Shown here: positions 7,561-8,909 of the stretch, in pieces
Numbering within the stretch: the stretch's first letter is position 1
Layout of the letters: every line of letters begins with the position of its first letter
NCBI RefSeq assembly: GCF_006345805.1
Contig: NW_021828276.1
Span: 1-8,909, forward strand
Source: Octopus sinensis
Taxonomy: Eukaryota
Reading direction: 5' to 3'
Length of the DNA stretch: 8,909 nucleotides
Translations under genes and position numbers: made by a program
Notes under the pieces: generated by a model
The model's database searches: none
What the model was told of the DNA's origin: nothing
Seen by the model: the letters and a program-made list of their open reading frames with translations, nothing else

Positions 7561-7562
7561 CT

Positions 7563-8578
7563 ATGGTTGACTTATGCTTTACATTTGCACAAGCTGGCTC
7601 CAAGTCTCACCCAGAGACCTCAAGAGACAACAAGTTGGTAGTTCATGTTGTTGTTATGCATAGGGTGCCATATATTTGGTTTTGTATTTAGTGTTGTATG
7701 TCTAAAAAAACCATACGAAAATTGTTTGTTTTAAAACTTGAGATTACATAGAAAGTATTTTGCGTAGGATATGAGCAGTTCCCATGAGCACTATCTTTTG
7801 AATTTCTGCCATTTTGGGGTTTCCTGGTATCTGAGTTAGGTAGCAATCAGTCCCTTTCGCTATCATTCCCAGGGCACCTATGACAACAGGTATTGATTTA
7901 GTCTTCAGGTTCCACATTTTGCCAATTTCTATTTCAAGATCTTTATATTTGCTCAGTTTTTGGTAGGTCTTGACAGATACGTTTATATCGATTGGGACAG
8001 TCATATCAATGTTTTTTGTCTGAAGTCTTTCAATATGATGTCTGGCCTATTCGCGTCTATCTTTCTGTCAGTTTGAATGGTGAAGTTCCAGAGTAGTGAG
8101 ATGTGGTCATTTTCAAGCACTCGAGGTGGTTTGTGTTCCCAGCAGTTTTCATCATGGTGCAAGTCCAGGCTTCTGCAAATTACCCAGTGAATATATTGTG
8201 CAGCTCTATCATGCCTGTTGAGATACTCTGTAGGCGCTAGAAGACTGCACTTGGAGACAACATGATCAATGGTTTCATTTTGTTGTTGACATACACATGT
8301 TGGTCTACTGCCGTTCTTTAATATGTTAGCCTGGTAGTTCCTTGTAGGTAGGCATTGATCTTAAGCTGCTATGATAAACCTTTCTGTTTCAGAATCTAAG
8401 CCAGAGGCCATTAGCCATTGATGGGTCAGGGCTTAGTCAACATCTGCATTATTCGTTCACTTTGGGTAGTTGCCAATGAGAGGTTTTTCTTGCTATTTAT
8501 CATTCAGAATATCTAAGGCAGCAGTTTTAGCACGGGTTTTCATGCGCTTAGCTTTTTCTGTGCTTGTTTCTTGTATAT
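7563..8578 (-). mobile_element. 5'-truncated R4/Dong-like non-LTR retrotransposon, copy 3 (post-RT linker, CCHC zinc knuckle, restriction-like endonuclease, 3' UTR)
   Basis: Manual translation: IQETSTEKAKRMKTRAKTAALDILNDK*QEKPLIGNYPK*TNNADVD*ALTHQWLMASGLDSETERFIIAA*DQCLPTRNYQANILKNGSRPTCVCQQQNETIDHVVSKCSLLAPTEYLNRHDRAAQYIHWVIC...LLWNFTIQTDRKIDANRPDIILKDFRQK/IDMTVPIDINVSVKTYQKLSKYKDLEIEIGKMW...RKILSM*. The ETE-F-IAA-DQ, C-C-H-C, RHD, RPD..D..K-KY-DL motifs are diagnostic of RLE-class elements (R4/Dong). Confidence 0.92.
7744..8578 (-). pseudogene. Disrupted ORF remnant of the Dong-like element
   Basis: Four in-frame stops, a CxxC reduced to CxC, and a frameshift near 8010 between RQK and IDMTVP. 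The track ORFs 7744-8004 and 8493-8696 are pieces of it. Confidence 0.85.
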
Positions 8579-8592
8579 TATTATTATTATTA

Positions 8593-8675
<83 letters not shown>

Positions 8676-8703
8676 CATCATCATCATCATCATCATTATT
8701 AAT
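8579..8703 (+). repeat. (ATT)n-(ATC)n array, i.e. (AAT)n/(GAT)n on the element strand, between two Dong-like elements
   Basis: Direct reading. Confidence 0.96.
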
Positions 8704-8909
8704 CAGTAGTTATATTTTTATAACGTGCTTTCACTTCACTACCGAGCTTTGGTCTTGTGCTGCAATTAAAAATCCTTCAGCCTCTGCTTTCAGTCCTGAG
8801 CTTCTCAGCCATTGTTGGGATTTTGCTTTGTCTATTTCTGTTTAGTTTAACCCAGTATTTGCCATGTAGGGACTTTCTTGCTATCGTTTTAACATGGTTC
8901 GTTGCAGTT
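8704..8909 (-). mobile_element. Fragment of a second, diverged R4/Dong-like family, running off the window edge
   Basis: The minus strand translates, with two frameshifts, to QRTMLKR*QE/PLHGKYWVKLN/EIDKAKSQQWLRSSGLKAEAEGFLIAAQDQS. This is homologous to the same linker segment of copy 3 but with very different DNA. About 40 nt of non-coding sequence follows, then the TAA-type array. Confidence 0.8.

Noticed and set aside
820-8696. A-to-G bias of TAA-tail variants on the element strand as a trace of ADAR-edited RNA being retrotransposed
   Set aside because: AAT units have two A per T, so A-to-G is the default transition; slippage amplification explains the runs, and three tails are too few to test.

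Overview
AT-rich, microsatellite-saturated eukaryotic DNA. The repeat and SINE content resembles coleoid cephalopod (octopus) genomes; this is recognition from memory, not a database match. The only convincing host coding sequence is a minus-strand C3HC4 RING-finger ORF (5824-6162) with the N-terminal signature of TRIM2/3/45/56/71-like E3 ligases, probably a first coding exon whose B-boxes lie beyond a long intron. There are four decayed pieces of R4/Dong-clade non-LTR retrotransposons with a restriction-like endonuclease, all abutting (TAA)n-derived arrays: two 3' ends on + at 79-739, one 1-kb copy on - at 7563-8578, and a sibling family at 8704-8909. Two minus-strand SINE pieces are also present. 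Most ORFs in the track are translations of simple repeats. I see no prokaryotic-type system, CRISPR array or RNA gene, and no convincing new biological system. The best leads are the microsatellite-targeted retroelement stacking, an inverted retroelement pair bracketing the RING exon, IRF-type motifs, and possible cryptic or antisense exons.
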